Both the position numbers and the translations under genes were made by a program. The notes under the pieces were generated by a model. It was not told the DNA's origin, ran no database searches, and saw only the letters and a program-made list of their open reading frames with translations. Below, piece after piece: positions 48,129 to 58,411 of a DNA stretch of 64,000 nucleotides (its first letter is position 1; the number at the start of each line of letters is the position of its first letter). This DNA comes from Clostridium sp. (GTDB lineage: Bacteria > Bacillota > Clostridia > Clostridiales > Clostridiaceae), in NCBI RefSeq assembly GCF_036781005.1, contig NZ_DAIQBT010000012.1:3047-67046 (forward strand), read 5' to 3'.

Positions 48129-49583
48129 ATGTCTTTAATGACTGGGGAAGAATATGTAGAAAGTTTACGTAAGTTAAAATTAAACGTTTATTACTTGGGA
48201 GAAAAAATAGATAATCCAGTGGACAACCCTGTACTTCGTCCATCTTTAAATTCTGTGAAGATGACTTATGATTTGGCTCAAGAGCCTGAATACGAAGATT
48301 TAATGACAGTAACATCCAGTATAACAGGGGAAAAAATAAATAGATTTACAAATTTACATCAAAATAGTGGAGATTTGGTAAAGAAAGTTAAAATGCAGAG
48401 ATTATGCGGACAAAAAACTGCTGCCTGTTTCCAAAGATGCGTTGGAATGGATGCTTTTAATGCAGTATACAGTACTACTTTTGAAATAGATAAAGAGCAT
48501 AAAACAAATTATTTTGAAAACTTTAAGAAATTTTTAACTTATGTTCAAAAGAATGATTTAACAGTAGATGGGGCTATGACAGATCCAAAGGGAGACAGGG
48601 GTCTATCACCAAGCAAACAGGCTGATCCAGATTTATATTTAAGAGTTGTAGAAAGAAGAGAAGATGGTGTAGTTGTAAGAGGAGCAAAAGCTCACCAAAC
48701 AGGTATATGTAATTCTCATGAAGTATTAGTTATGCCAACTATTGCCATGAGACCGGAAGATAAAGATTATGCAATAGCTTTTTCTGTTCCTACAGATGCA
48801 GAAGGAATAACTATGATAATTGGAAGACAGTCCTGTGATACTAGAAAAATGGAAAAAGATGCAGACATAGATGTTGGTAACAAAGAATTTGGCGGAGTAG
48901 AAGCATTAGTGGTATTTGATGATGTATTTGTTCCAAATGACAGGATATTCTTAAATGGTGAAACTGAATATGCTGGAATGATGGTAGAGAGATTTGCAGG
49001 ATACCACAGACAGAGTTATGGCGGATGTAAAGTAGGAGTAGGAGATGTATTAATAGGTGCTGCTGCGGTAGCTGCAGAGTATAATGGAGCTGCAAAGGCA
49101 TCTCACATAAAGGATAAATTAATAGAAATGATGCATTTGAATGAAACTCTTTACGCTTGCGGAATTGCATGTTCAGCTGAAGGATATCCAACAAAAGCTG
49201 GAAATTATCAAATAGATTTGCTTCTTGCAAATGTATGTAAGCAGAATATAACAAGATTCCCTTATGAAATTGTAAGATTAGCAGAAGATATAGCAGGAGG
49301 ATTAATGGTTACCATGCCTTCTGAAAAGGATTATAAGAGTCCAGAGGTTGGAAAATATGTAGAGAAGTACTTGGTGGGAGTTGCATCTGTACCTGTTGAA
49401 GACAGAATGAAGATATTGAGATTATTAGAAAACTTATGTCTTGGAACAGCTGCAGTAGGATATAGAACTGAATCCATGCATGGAGCAGGTTCACCACAAG
49501 CACAGAGAATAATGATATCAAGACAGGGAAATCTTGCACATAAGAAGAAACTTGCAAAGAAAATAGCAAGAATAGAGGATTAA
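48129..49583 (+). CDS. abfD: 4-hydroxybutyryl-CoA dehydratase
   Basis: ACFQRCVG, GAMTDPKGDR, YHRQSYGGCK, ESMHGAGSPQAQ. Confidence 0.93.
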   Translation: MSLMTGEEYVESLRKLKLNVYYLGEKIDNPVDNPVLRPSLNSVKMTYDLAQEPEYEDLMTVTSSITGEKINRFTNLHQNSGDLVKKVKMQRLCGQKTAACFQRCVGMDAFNAVYSTTFEIDKEHKTNYFENFKKFLTYVQKNDLTVDGAMTDPKGDRGLSPSKQADPDLYLRVVERREDGVVVRGAKAHQTGICNSHEVLVMPTIAMRPEDKDYAIAFSVPTDAEGITMIIGRQSCDTRKMEKDADIDVGNKEFGGVEALVVFDDVFVPNDRIFLNGETEYAGMMVERFAGYHRQSYGGCKVGVGDVLIGAAAVAAEYNGAAKASHIKDKLIEMMHLNETLYACGIACSAEGYPTKAGNYQIDLLLANVCKQNITRFPYEIVRLAEDIAGGLMVTMPSEKDYKSPEVGKYVEKYLVGVASVPVEDRMKILRLLENLCLGTAAVGYRTESMHGAGSPQAQRIMISRQGNLAHKKKLAKKIARIED

Positions 49584-49633
49584 GGGAAAAGGTGTTTTCT
49601 CACCTTTTTCCTAGAGATGAGGTGCTGTATTTT

Positions 49634-49915
49634 ATGAAGGAAAAAATATTAAAAATAATTGATGAAAAAGTAAGACCTTATTTAAACGGCCATAATGGAG
49701 ATATTGAGGTTGTTGAAGTAAAAGATGGTATAGTTAAAGTAAAGCTTTTAGGTCAATGCAGCGGCTGTATTTCAGCTAAGTATACAGTACAGGATATAGT
49801 GGAAGCTTCCATAAAAGATGAGGTTCCTGAAATAAAATCAGTAGAGGTTATAGACTATATAAATGAAGATACTTTGAATATGGCAAGGAAAATATTAAGT
49901 AAGCATCATAGGTAA
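49634..49915 (+). CDS. Nfu (NifU C-terminal) Fe-S carrier
   Basis: VRPYLNGHNGDIE..KLLGQCSGC. Confidence 0.88.
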   Translation: MKEKILKIIDEKVRPYLNGHNGDIEVVEVKDGIVKVKLLGQCSGCISAKYTVQDIVEASIKDEVPEIKSVEVIDYINEDTLNMARKILSKHHR

Positions 49916-49927
49916 GGTGAGTATATT

Positions 49928-50194
49928 TTGAATGTAGGAATTAAATATTGTGGAGGATGTAATCCTAAATATGATAGAAAACAATTTCTATATGATTTAC
50001 AACAAGAATTTAAGTATAATTTTGAAACAGCGTCCCTAGACAAAACTTATGATATAGTTATAGTTTTATGTGGGTGTACCAGCTGCTGTGTTGATCACAG
50101 CAAGCTTAAGTTTAATCTTGAAAAAATATTAGTAAAGTCCCAAGGGGATTTTAGTGTGGTAAGGGGTATATTGAATAAGTATTTAACAACATAG
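49928..50194 (+). CDS. Small Cys-rich protein of unknown function
   Basis: GIKYCGGCNPKYDR and CGCTSCC; TTG after AAGGTGAG. Confidence 0.75.
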   Translation: MNVGIKYCGGCNPKYDRKQFLYDLQQEFKYNFETASLDKTYDIVIVLCGCTSCCVDHSKLKFNLEKILVKSQGDFSVVRGILNKYLTT

Positions 50195-50215
50195 GATAGG
50201 GAGGAGATAATTTTT

Positions 50216-51505
50216 ATGGATTGGAAAAGTATGTATAAAGATAAACTGGTAACTGCAGAAAAAGCTGTTTCTAAAATAGAAAACCACAGCAGGGTAGTTT
50301 TTGCACATGCAGTAGGAGAACCTGTAGATTTAGTAAATGCGTTAGTTAAAAATAAGGATAATTATATAGGACTTGAGATAGTTCACATGGTAGCCATGGG
50401 TAAGGGCGAATATACAAAAGAAGGCATGCAGAAACATTTCAGGCACAATGCTTTATTTGTAGGTGGATGCACCAGGGATGCAGTGAATTCAGGAAGGGCA
50501 GATTATACACCTTGTTTTTTCTATGAAGTGCCAAGTTTGTTTAAAGAAAAACGTTTGCCTGTAGATGTAGCACTTATTCAAGTAAGCGAGCCAGATGAAT
50601 ATGGCTACTGCAGTTTTGGAGTTTCCAATGATTATACCAAGCCGGCAGCAGAAAGTGCTAGTCTTGTAATTGCAGAAGTAAACAAAAATATGCCAAGGGT
50701 ACTTGGGGATTCTTTTATACATGTATCAGACATTGATTATATAGTTGAGGCTTCACATCCATTGATAGAGTTACAGTCTCCTAAATTGGGAGATGTGGAA
50801 AAAGCCATAGGAGAAAATTGTGCAGCTTTAATTGAAGATGGATCTACCCTTCAGCTTGGAATAGGTGCTATACCAGATGCAGTACTATTATTTTTGAAGG
50901 ATAAAAAGAATTTAGGAATACATTCTGAGATGATATCAGATGGTGTAATGGAGCTGGTAAAAGCAGGGGTTATCAATAACAAGAAAAAAACCCTACATCA
51001 AGGCAAGATAGTTGTAACATTCTTAATGGGAACAAAAAAATTATATGCTTTTGTAAACAATAATCCTATGGTAGAAACTTATTCTGTAGATTATGTAAAT
51101 AATCCACTGGTAATTATGAAAAATGACAATATGGTTTCAATAAATTCCTGTGTTCAAGTGGACTTAATGGGACAAGTATGTTCAGAAAGTATAGGATTGA
51201 AACAGATAAGCGGAGTAGGAGGTCAGGTAGATTTTATCAGAGGAGCTAATTTATCAAAAGGCGGAAAAGCTATTATAGCTATACCTTCTACAGCTGGAAA
51301 AGGAAAGGTTTCCAGAATAACTCCACTTTTAGATACTGGTGCTGCAGTTACAACTTCTAGGAATGAGGTTGATTATGTAGTTACTGAATATGGTGTTGCC
51401 CACCTTAAAGGTAAAACCCTGAGAAATAGGGCACGATCTTTAATAAATATCGCCCATCCAAAATTCAGAGAATCATTGATGAATGAATTCAAAAAGAGAT
51501 TTTAG
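50216..51505 (+). CDS. cat2: 4-hydroxybutyrate CoA-transferase (orfZ)
   Basis: TLQLGIGAIPDA, GIHSEM, ISGVGGQVDF, VVTEYG; near-identical as recalled to C. kluyveri OrfZ. Confidence 0.93.
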   Translation: MDWKSMYKDKLVTAEKAVSKIENHSRVVFAHAVGEPVDLVNALVKNKDNYIGLEIVHMVAMGKGEYTKEGMQKHFRHNALFVGGCTRDAVNSGRADYTPCFFYEVPSLFKEKRLPVDVALIQVSEPDEYGYCSFGVSNDYTKPAAESASLVIAEVNKNMPRVLGDSFIHVSDIDYIVEASHPLIELQSPKLGDVEKAIGENCAALIEDGSTLQLGIGAIPDAVLLFLKDKKNLGIHSEMISDGVMELVKAGVINNKKKTLHQGKIVVTFLMGTKKLYAFVNNNPMVETYSVDYVNNPLVIMKNDNMVSINSCVQVDLMGQVCSESIGLKQISGVGGQVDFIRGANLSKGGKAIIAIPSTAGKGKVSRITPLLDTGAAVTTSRNEVDYVVTEYGVAHLKGKTLRNRARSLINIAHPKFRESLMNEFKKRF

Positions 51506-51519
51506 AATTTATTTGTGAT

Positions 51520-51557
51520 TTTTTAGTTACACTTCTATATAACAGTGTAACTAAAAA
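51520..51557 (+). terminator. Intra-operon stem-loop after cat2
   Basis: TTTTTAGTTACACT-N10-AGTGTAACTAAAAA. Confidence 0.6.
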
Positions 51558-51620
51558 TAAAGGTTTAATTGTAGTTAATTTAACAAAAATAAGGCTTAAT
51601 TTATAGGGGAGGAATGTAAA

Positions 51621-52556
51621 TTGAAAAAAGGGTATTTATTTATTTTATTGACGGCAATATTTTACAGCACCCAGGAGATTTCAGGAAAAATGTTGGCACA
51701 GAAAGGTGCTATGGATCCATTTCAGGTTATGATGATTGTATTTTTAATAGGTGCAATAGTATTGCTTCCTATGGCAGTGAAAGATATGAAAGCTAAAAAG
51801 ATTAAACTAAATGGTAACGATTTGGGATACCTTGCTCTTTGTGGAATACTGGCAGTATCCATTTCCATGTCTATGCTCCAGTTTGCAGTTACTTATACTA
51901 AGGCATCTACTGCAGCGGTATTATTCTGTACCAATGCTGTATTTACCATACCTTTTGCATATTTCATATTGAAAGAGAAAATAAAAGGTATTACCATAGT
52001 TTCTATTATTGTTTCATTGATTGGTGTAGTTATAATATTCAATCCTGCGAAGGTTATGGAAGGTATTGGAGGCAGCAAGGATCTAATAGGAATATGTTTT
52101 GCACTTATAGCAGCTGTAGTCTGGTCATTGTACACAGTAATAAGTAAGAAGAGAATTGATGTTTACGGAGGATATGTTTTTAATTGTATTTCTTTCTTCT
52201 TTGGAGTAATAGCACTTCTTCTTCTCTTAATAGTTACTGGTAGACCAATACTTAGTGGAATTACTTTAAATAATATTCTAGTGCTTCTATACATGGGTAT
52301 TTTTATAAAGGCTGTAGGATATATATGTTATCTTGGTGCAATAAAAGAAACCTCTGCTGTAACAGCATCTACAGTTTTTCTTATAAAACCTGCACTAGCT
52401 ACAATACTGGCAATTCTGATTTTAGGTGAAAGTATAGAAGTAAATGTAATAATAGGTATTGTATTTATAATTATAGGTTCTATTATAAATTACTCCAGTA
52501 ATAAAAAGGGAAATGATTTAAAAAAAGTAGCTAGTACTAGTGAATTGAACTGCTAG
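51621..52556 (+). CDS. EamA/DMT-family transporter (orfY of the succinate cluster)
   Basis: About 10 TM, two EamA repeats (AYFILKEK; AILILGE); lies between cat2 and cat1. Confidence 0.88.
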   Translation: MKKGYLFILLTAIFYSTQEISGKMLAQKGAMDPFQVMMIVFLIGAIVLLPMAVKDMKAKKIKLNGNDLGYLALCGILAVSISMSMLQFAVTYTKASTAAVLFCTNAVFTIPFAYFILKEKIKGITIVSIIVSLIGVVIIFNPAKVMEGIGGSKDLIGICFALIAAVVWSLYTVISKKRIDVYGGYVFNCISFFFGVIALLLLLIVTGRPILSGITLNNILVLLYMGIFIKAVGYICYLGAIKETSAVTASTVFLIKPALATILAILILGESIEVNVIIGIVFIIIGSIINYSSNKKGNDLKKVASTSELNC

Positions 52557-52608
52557 GCTTAGCTTATTAAACTATAAATAATATTTTAACTATTTGTGAG
52601 GCGATTAA

Positions 52609-54192
52609 ATGAGTAAGGGAATAAAAAATTCACAATTGAAAAAAAAGAATATAAAATCTGATAAAACAGTTGAAAAAGTGGAAAAGACAGCTGATGTATT
52701 AGAAAAAAGAATAAGAAATCCAAAACTTCAGGATAAAGTTGTAACGGCAGATGTGGCAGCTGGCATGATAGAAAACGGTATGGTTGTTGCAATTAGTGGA
52801 TTTACTCCTTCTGGATATCCTAAAGAAGTACCTAAAGCATTGACTAAAAAGGTTAATGAGTTAGATGAAGAATTTAAGGTAACACTTTATACAGGATCAT
52901 CTACAGGAGCGGCTATAGATGGAGAATGGGCAAAAGCAGGAATAATAGAAAGAAGAATACCATATCAGACAAATGCTGACATGAGGAAGAAGATAAATGA
53001 TGGTTCCATTAAATATGCTGACATACATTTGAGTCACATGGCTCAATATATTAATTATTCCGTAATTCCTAAAGTAAATGTAGCTATAATAGAGGCAGTA
53101 GCTATTACAGAAGAAGGGGATATTATTCCTTCCACAGGAATTGGAAATACAGCTACCTTTGTGGAAAATGCAGATAAAGTAATAGTAGAAATTAATGAAG
53201 CTCAACCTCTTGAATTGGAAGGAATGGCAGATATATATACATTAAAGAATCCTCCACGAAGAGAACCTATACCTATAGTTAATGCAGGTAATAGAATCGG
53301 AACCACATATGTGACCTGTGGTGCTGACAAGATATGTGCTATAGTAATGACAAATGCCCCGGATAAAACAAGACCTCTTACAGAGGTATCTCCTGTATCT
53401 CAAGCTATATCCGATAATCTTATAGGATTCTTGAATAAAGAGGTTGAAGAAGGAAGGCTGCCTAAAAACTTGCTTCCTATACAGTCAGGAGTTGGAAGTG
53501 TAGCAAATGCAGTTTTAGCTGGACTTTGTGAATCAAATTTTAAAAATTTGAGCTGTTACACAGAGGTTATACAGGATTCTATGTTAAAACTTATAAAATG
53601 CGGTAAAGCAGATGTGGTATCAGGTACTTCCATAAGTCCTTCACCGGATATGTTACCTGAGTTTATAAAAGACATTAATTTATTCAGAGAAAAGATAGTA
53701 TTAAGACCACAGGAAATAAGTAATAATCCAGAGGTAGCCAGAAGAATAGGAGTTATATCTATAAATACTGCCCTGGAAGTTGACATATATGGCAATGTGA
53801 ACTCCACCCATGTTATGGGAAGCAAAATGATGAATGGTATAGGCGGTTCTGGAGATTTTGCCAGAAATGCATATTTGACTGTATTTACTACAGAGTCTAT
53901 TGCTAAAAAGGGTGATATATCCTCTATAGTTCCTATGGTATCTCATGTAGATCATACAGAGCATGATGTTATGGTAATTGTTACAGAACAGGGAGTAGCA
54001 GATTTAAGAGGTCTTTCTCCTAGAGAAAAGGCAGCAGCTATAATAGAAAATTGTGCTCATCCTGATTACAAGGATATGCTTATGGAATATTTTGAAGAGG
54101 CTTGTGAATCATCTGCTGGAAATACACCACATAATCTTGAAAAAGCTCTTTCCTGGCATACAAAATTTATAAAAACTGGCAGCATGAAGTAA
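52609..54192 (+). CDS. cat1: Succinyl-CoA:acetate CoA-transferase
   Basis: SGFTPSGYPK, QSGVGS, YTEV, MNGIGGSGDF; N-terminus MSKGIKNSQLKKK as in C. kluyveri Cat1. Confidence 0.95.
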   Translation: MSKGIKNSQLKKKNIKSDKTVEKVEKTADVLEKRIRNPKLQDKVVTADVAAGMIENGMVVAISGFTPSGYPKEVPKALTKKVNELDEEFKVTLYTGSSTGAAIDGEWAKAGIIERRIPYQTNADMRKKINDGSIKYADIHLSHMAQYINYSVIPKVNVAIIEAVAITEEGDIIPSTGIGNTATFVENADKVIVEINEAQPLELEGMADIYTLKNPPRREPIPIVNAGNRIGTTYVTCGADKICAIVMTNAPDKTRPLTEVSPVSQAISDNLIGFLNKEVEEGRLPKNLLPIQSGVGSVANAVLAGLCESNFKNLSCYTEVIQDSMLKLIKCGKADVVSGTSISPSPDMLPEFIKDINLFREKIVLRPQEISNNPEVARRIGVISINTALEVDIYGNVNSTHVMGSKMMNGIGGSGDFARNAYLTVFTTESIAKKGDISSIVPMVSHVDHTEHDVMVIVTEQGVADLRGLSPREKAAAIIENCAHPDYKDMLMEYFEEACESSAGNTPHNLEKALSWHTKFIKTGSMK

Positions 54193-54254
54193 ATAATTAA
54201 CATGTATAGTACAAAAAATTTAGACATATAAAACATTTATTTAGGAGGAAAAAC

Positions 54255-55616
54255 ATGAGTAATGAAGTATCTATAAAAGAATTAATTGAAAAGGCACAGG
54301 TGGCACAAAAAAAATTGGAAGCCTATAGTCAAGAACAGGTTGATGTACTTGTAAAAGCACTAGGAAAAGTAGTTTATGATAACGCAGAAATGTTTGCGAA
54401 AGAAGCAGTAGAAGAAACAGAAATGGGTGTTTATGAAGATAAAGTAGCTAAATGTTATTTAAAATCAGGAGCTATCTGGAATCACTTAAAAGATAAAAAA
54501 TCTGTTGGTATAATAAAAGAAGAACCTGAAAGAGGACTTTTATATGTTGCTAAACCAAAAGGAGTTGTTGCAGCAACTACTCCTATAACCAATCCGGTAG
54601 TAACTCCTATGTGTAATGCAATGGCTGCTATAAAGGGAAGAAATTCTATAATAGTAGCACCACACCCTAAGGCAAAGAAAGTTTCAGCTCACACTGTAGA
54701 ACTTATGAATGCTGAACTTAAAAAATTGGGAGCACCGGAAAATATCATACAAATAGTAGAAGCACCATCAAGAGAAGCTGCTAAGGAACTTATGGAAAGT
54801 GCAGATGTAGTTGTTGCTACAGGGGGTGCTGGAAGAGTTAAAGCTGCTTATACAAGTGGAAGACCAGCTTATGGAGTTGGACCTGGAAATTCGCAGTCAA
54901 TAATTGACAAAGGATACGATTATAATAAAGCCGCACAGGATATAATAACAGGAAGAAAATATGACAATGGAATTATATGTTCTTCTGAACAATCAGTTAT
55001 AGCTCCTGCTGAAGATTATGATAAAATAATGGCAACATTTGTAGAAAATGGGGCATACTATGCAGAAGATGAAGAGACAGTAGAGAAGTTTAGATCAGCT
55101 TTATTCAAGGATGGAAAGATAAACAGCAAGGTTATAGGTAAATCTGTTAAAATAATTGCAGATCTTGCAGGAGTGGAAGTACCAGAAGGCACTAAAGTTA
55201 TAGTACTTAAAGGTAAAGGTGCAGGAGAAAAAGATGTACTTTGTAAAGAAAAAATGTGTCCAGTTTTAGTAGCATTTAAATATGATACTTTTGAAGAAGC
55301 AGTTCAAATAGCTATGACTAATTATATGTATGAAGGAGCTGGACATACAGCAGGCATACATTCTAACAATGATGAGAACATAAGATATGCAGGAACTGTA
55401 TTGCCTATAAGTAGATTAGTTGTAAATCAGCCTGCAACTACAGCTGGTGGAAGTTTCAATAATGGATTTAACCCTACTACTACATTGGGATGTGGATCAT
55501 GGGGCAGAAACAGTATTTCAGAAAATCTTACTTACGAACATCTTATAAATGTTTCAAGAATAGGATATTTCAATAAGGATGCAAAAGTTCCTACTTCAGA
55601 GGAAATATGGGGATAA
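54255..55616 (+). CDS. sucD: CoA-acylating succinate-semialdehyde dehydrogenase
   Basis: PITNP, ATGG, GVGPGN, DNGIICSSEQ, EKMCP, LGCGSWG. Confidence 0.95.
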   Translation: MSNEVSIKELIEKAQVAQKKLEAYSQEQVDVLVKALGKVVYDNAEMFAKEAVEETEMGVYEDKVAKCYLKSGAIWNHLKDKKSVGIIKEEPERGLLYVAKPKGVVAATTPITNPVVTPMCNAMAAIKGRNSIIVAPHPKAKKVSAHTVELMNAELKKLGAPENIIQIVEAPSREAAKELMESADVVVATGGAGRVKAAYTSGRPAYGVGPGNSQSIIDKGYDYNKAAQDIITGRKYDNGIICSSEQSVIAPAEDYDKIMATFVENGAYYAEDEETVEKFRSALFKDGKINSKVIGKSVKIIADLAGVEVPEGTKVIVLKGKGAGEKDVLCKEKMCPVLVAFKYDTFEEAVQIAMTNYMYEGAGHTAGIHSNNDENIRYAGTVLPISRLVVNQPATTAGGSFNNGFNPTTTLGCGSWGRNSISENLTYEHLINVSRIGYFNKDAKVPTSEEIWG

Positions 55617-55652
55617 ATTATATCGTTAAAAAATATATAAGGGGGAAGAAAC

Positions 55653-56768
55653 ATGAAGTTATTAAAATTGGCACCTGATGTTTATAAATTTGATACTGCA
55701 GAGGAGTTTATGAAATTCTTTAAGATTGGGGAAGGTGACTTTATACTTACTAATGAATTTTTATATAAGCCTTTCCTTGAGAAATTCAATAATGGTGCAG
55801 ATGCCGTATTCCAGGAGAAATATGGACTTGGCGAACCTTCTGATGAGATGATAAACAATATAATTAAAGATATTGGAGATAAAAAATATAATAGAATCAT
55901 TGCTGTAGGAGGAGGATCTGTAATTGATATAGCTAAAATTCTCAGCCTTAAATATACTAATGATTCATTGGATTTATTTGAAGCAAAAGTGTCTCTTGAG
56001 AAAAATAAAGAATTGATTATAGTTCCAACTACATGTGGAACAGGTTCAGAAGTTACAAATGTATCAGTTGCAGAATTAAAGAGAAGACATACTAAAAAGG
56101 GAATTGCTTCAGACGAATTATATGCAACTTATGCAGTACTTGTACCAGAATTTATAAAGGGACTTCCTTATAAATTTTTCGTAACTAGTTCTGTAGATGC
56201 ATTAATCCATGCAACAGAAGCTTATGTGTCTCCAAATGCAAATCCTTATACTGATATGTTCAGTGTAAAAGCTATGGAATTAATTTTAAATGGATATATG
56301 CAAATGGCTGAAAAAGGCAACGATTATAGAGTTGAGATAATTGAAGACTTTGTTATAGGCAGTAATTATGCAGGTATAGCTTTTGGAAATGCAGGAGTAG
56401 GAGCGGTTCATGCACTGTCATATCCAATAGGCGGAAATTATCATGTACCTCACGGAGAAGCAAATTATCTTTTCTTCACAGAAATATTTAAGACTTACTA
56501 TAAGAAGAATCCAAATGGTAAGATTAAAGATGTAAATAAGTTATTAGCCAGCATATTAAAATGTGATGAAAGTGAAGCTTATGACAGTTTATCAAATCTT
56601 TTAGATAAATTATTGTCAAGAAAACCATTGAGAGAATATGGAATGAAAGAGGAAGAAATTGAAACTTTTGCTGATTCAGTAATAGAAGGACAGCAGAGAT
56701 TATTAGTGAACAATTATGAACCTTTCTCACGAGAAGACATAGTAAACACATATAAAAAGTTGTATTAA
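55653..56768 (+). CDS. 4hbD: 4-hydroxybutyrate dehydrogenase (Fe-ADH family)
   Basis: GGGSVID, PTTCGTGSE, DALIHA, HALS, PHG. Confidence 0.93.
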   Translation: MKLLKLAPDVYKFDTAEEFMKFFKIGEGDFILTNEFLYKPFLEKFNNGADAVFQEKYGLGEPSDEMINNIIKDIGDKKYNRIIAVGGGSVIDIAKILSLKYTNDSLDLFEAKVSLEKNKELIIVPTTCGTGSEVTNVSVAELKRRHTKKGIASDELYATYAVLVPEFIKGLPYKFFVTSSVDALIHATEAYVSPNANPYTDMFSVKAMELILNGYMQMAEKGNDYRVEIIEDFVIGSNYAGIAFGNAGVGAVHALSYPIGGNYHVPHGEANYLFFTEIFKTYYKKNPNGKIKDVNKLLASILKCDESEAYDSLSNLLDKLLSRKPLREYGMKEEEIETFADSVIEGQQRLLVNNYEPFSREDIVNTYKKLY

Positions 56769-56803
56769 TATTTTAAACTACAATTATTAAATGCTCCCAT
56801 CTT

Positions 56804-56842
56804 AAGAGAGGACATCTTCACGCTGTGAAATGTCCTCTTTTT
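56804..56842 (+). terminator. Rho-independent terminator
   Basis: AGAGGACAT-C-TTCAC / GTGAA-ATGTCCTCT then T run. Confidence 0.8.
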
Positions 56843-57008
56843 GCGTACCAAATTCTATTTTTACCCTAAAAATTATTTCATATTGACATGTGAGTAATAT
56901 TTCTGCCACAGTATGTGAAAAAGTTTTCATTAATTCTACAGCTTCATGATATAATAAAAATGATAGAAAATTATTTTTGTAATAATCTTAAATGGGAGGT
57001 GTATAAAA

Positions 57009-58376
57009 TTGAAAATGGATTTTGTTCTTAATTTAACTCAGGAACAAAAATTGGCCATGACTCAGGAAATGCAATTATCCATAAAATTGCTTCAAATGTC
57101 AAGTTTTGAACTTCAGGAATATGTGGAAAAAGAACTTCAAGAAAATCCTGTACTTGATATAGAAGAATCTAGTGTAGATAAATTGGAAAAAGATAAATTA
57201 GAGTATAAAGAACTTATAAAAAATTTAGATTTTGACAACTATAGCCATCATAGTTATGATAAAAATTTTCGTGAGCAAATCTCTCCCTTTAACTTTATTT
57301 CTGAAGAAAAGTCTCTAAAGGAGTATTTAAGAGAACAAATAAGGGAGCTTAATGAAAATCAGTATGTAAAAACAATTTGTTCATATATTATAGAAAATAT
57401 AGATGACAGGGGATATCTTATATTAGAAAATGAAGAAATAGAAAAAGAGCTTAAGATTTCAAGAGAACTGGCTGCATATTGTATAGATGTAATTCATTCT
57501 TTAGAGCCTTATGGAATAGGAGCTAGAAATTTACAGGAATGCTTGAAAATACAGATAAAGAAAAAGGGAATAAATGATGAAAAACTATTTATAATAATTG
57601 ATAAATATCTGGAATTAATAGCAGAGAACAGCTATAACATTATAGCGAAAGAATTGAATATGGATGTGAAAGAAGCACAAGAATATGGGGATTTGATAAA
57701 ATCGCTTTCTCCTAAGCCTTCCAGGGGATTTTATACAGGAGAAAGTATAGGCTATATAGCACCAGATGCATATATAAGAAAGATAGACAATAAATACTTT
57801 ATAATCATGAATGATGATTTAACGCCAAGGCTTACTATAAACGCCATATATAAAGATATATTGAATCACGATACTGATAAAGATGCGGTAAGTTATGTAA
57901 AGGAAAAATTAAATAGTGCATTATTTTTGATGAAAAGTATACAACATAGAAAAAGCACTATCTATAGGGTTTTGGAGAAGATACTGGAAATTCAAAAAGA
58001 TTATTTTGACTATGGAGAAAGCTATTTAAAGCCCATGACATTAAAAGAGATAGCAAATAGTATGGATATGCATGAATCCACTGTAAGCAGGGCTATAAGA
58101 GATAAATATATATATATAAACAGGGGGATTGTAAAAATAAAAGATTTATTTACTACAGGTATGCCTGCGAGTTTTAGTGAAGAGAATGTATCAAGTTTAA
58201 TTATTAAAAATAACATAAAAAAAATGATAGATGATGAGGATAAGAAAAAACCATTATCTGACCAAAAAATATGTGATTTAATTAACCAGGAAGGTATGAA
58301 TATTTCAAGAAGAACTGTAGCTAAATATAGAGAGGAAATGGGCATAAAGTCATCAAAAGGGAGAAAGAGATTTTAA
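57009..58376 (+). CDS. sigL: RNA polymerase sigma-54 factor
   Basis: QLSIKLLQMS..ENPVL, HESTVSRA, RpoN box SRRTVAKYRE. Confidence 0.96.
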   Translation: MKMDFVLNLTQEQKLAMTQEMQLSIKLLQMSSFELQEYVEKELQENPVLDIEESSVDKLEKDKLEYKELIKNLDFDNYSHHSYDKNFREQISPFNFISEEKSLKEYLREQIRELNENQYVKTICSYIIENIDDRGYLILENEEIEKELKISRELAAYCIDVIHSLEPYGIGARNLQECLKIQIKKKGINDEKLFIIIDKYLELIAENSYNIIAKELNMDVKEAQEYGDLIKSLSPKPSRGFYTGESIGYIAPDAYIRKIDNKYFIIMNDDLTPRLTINAIYKDILNHDTDKDAVSYVKEKLNSALFLMKSIQHRKSTIYRVLEKILEIQKDYFDYGESYLKPMTLKEIANSMDMHESTVSRAIRDKYIYINRGIVKIKDLFTTGMPASFSEENVSSLIIKNNIKKMIDDEDKKKPLSDQKICDLINQEGMNISRRTVAKYREEMGIKSSKGRKRF

Positions 58377-58411
58377 TTCTCCCTTTTATAATTGGAAATA
58401 ATGATTAATTA

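Noticed and set aside
52626..52642. Family 1 heptamer (AATTCACAATT) inside the cat1 5' end
   Set aside because: Single unit, no inverted arm, coding; compatible with chance in AT-rich DNA
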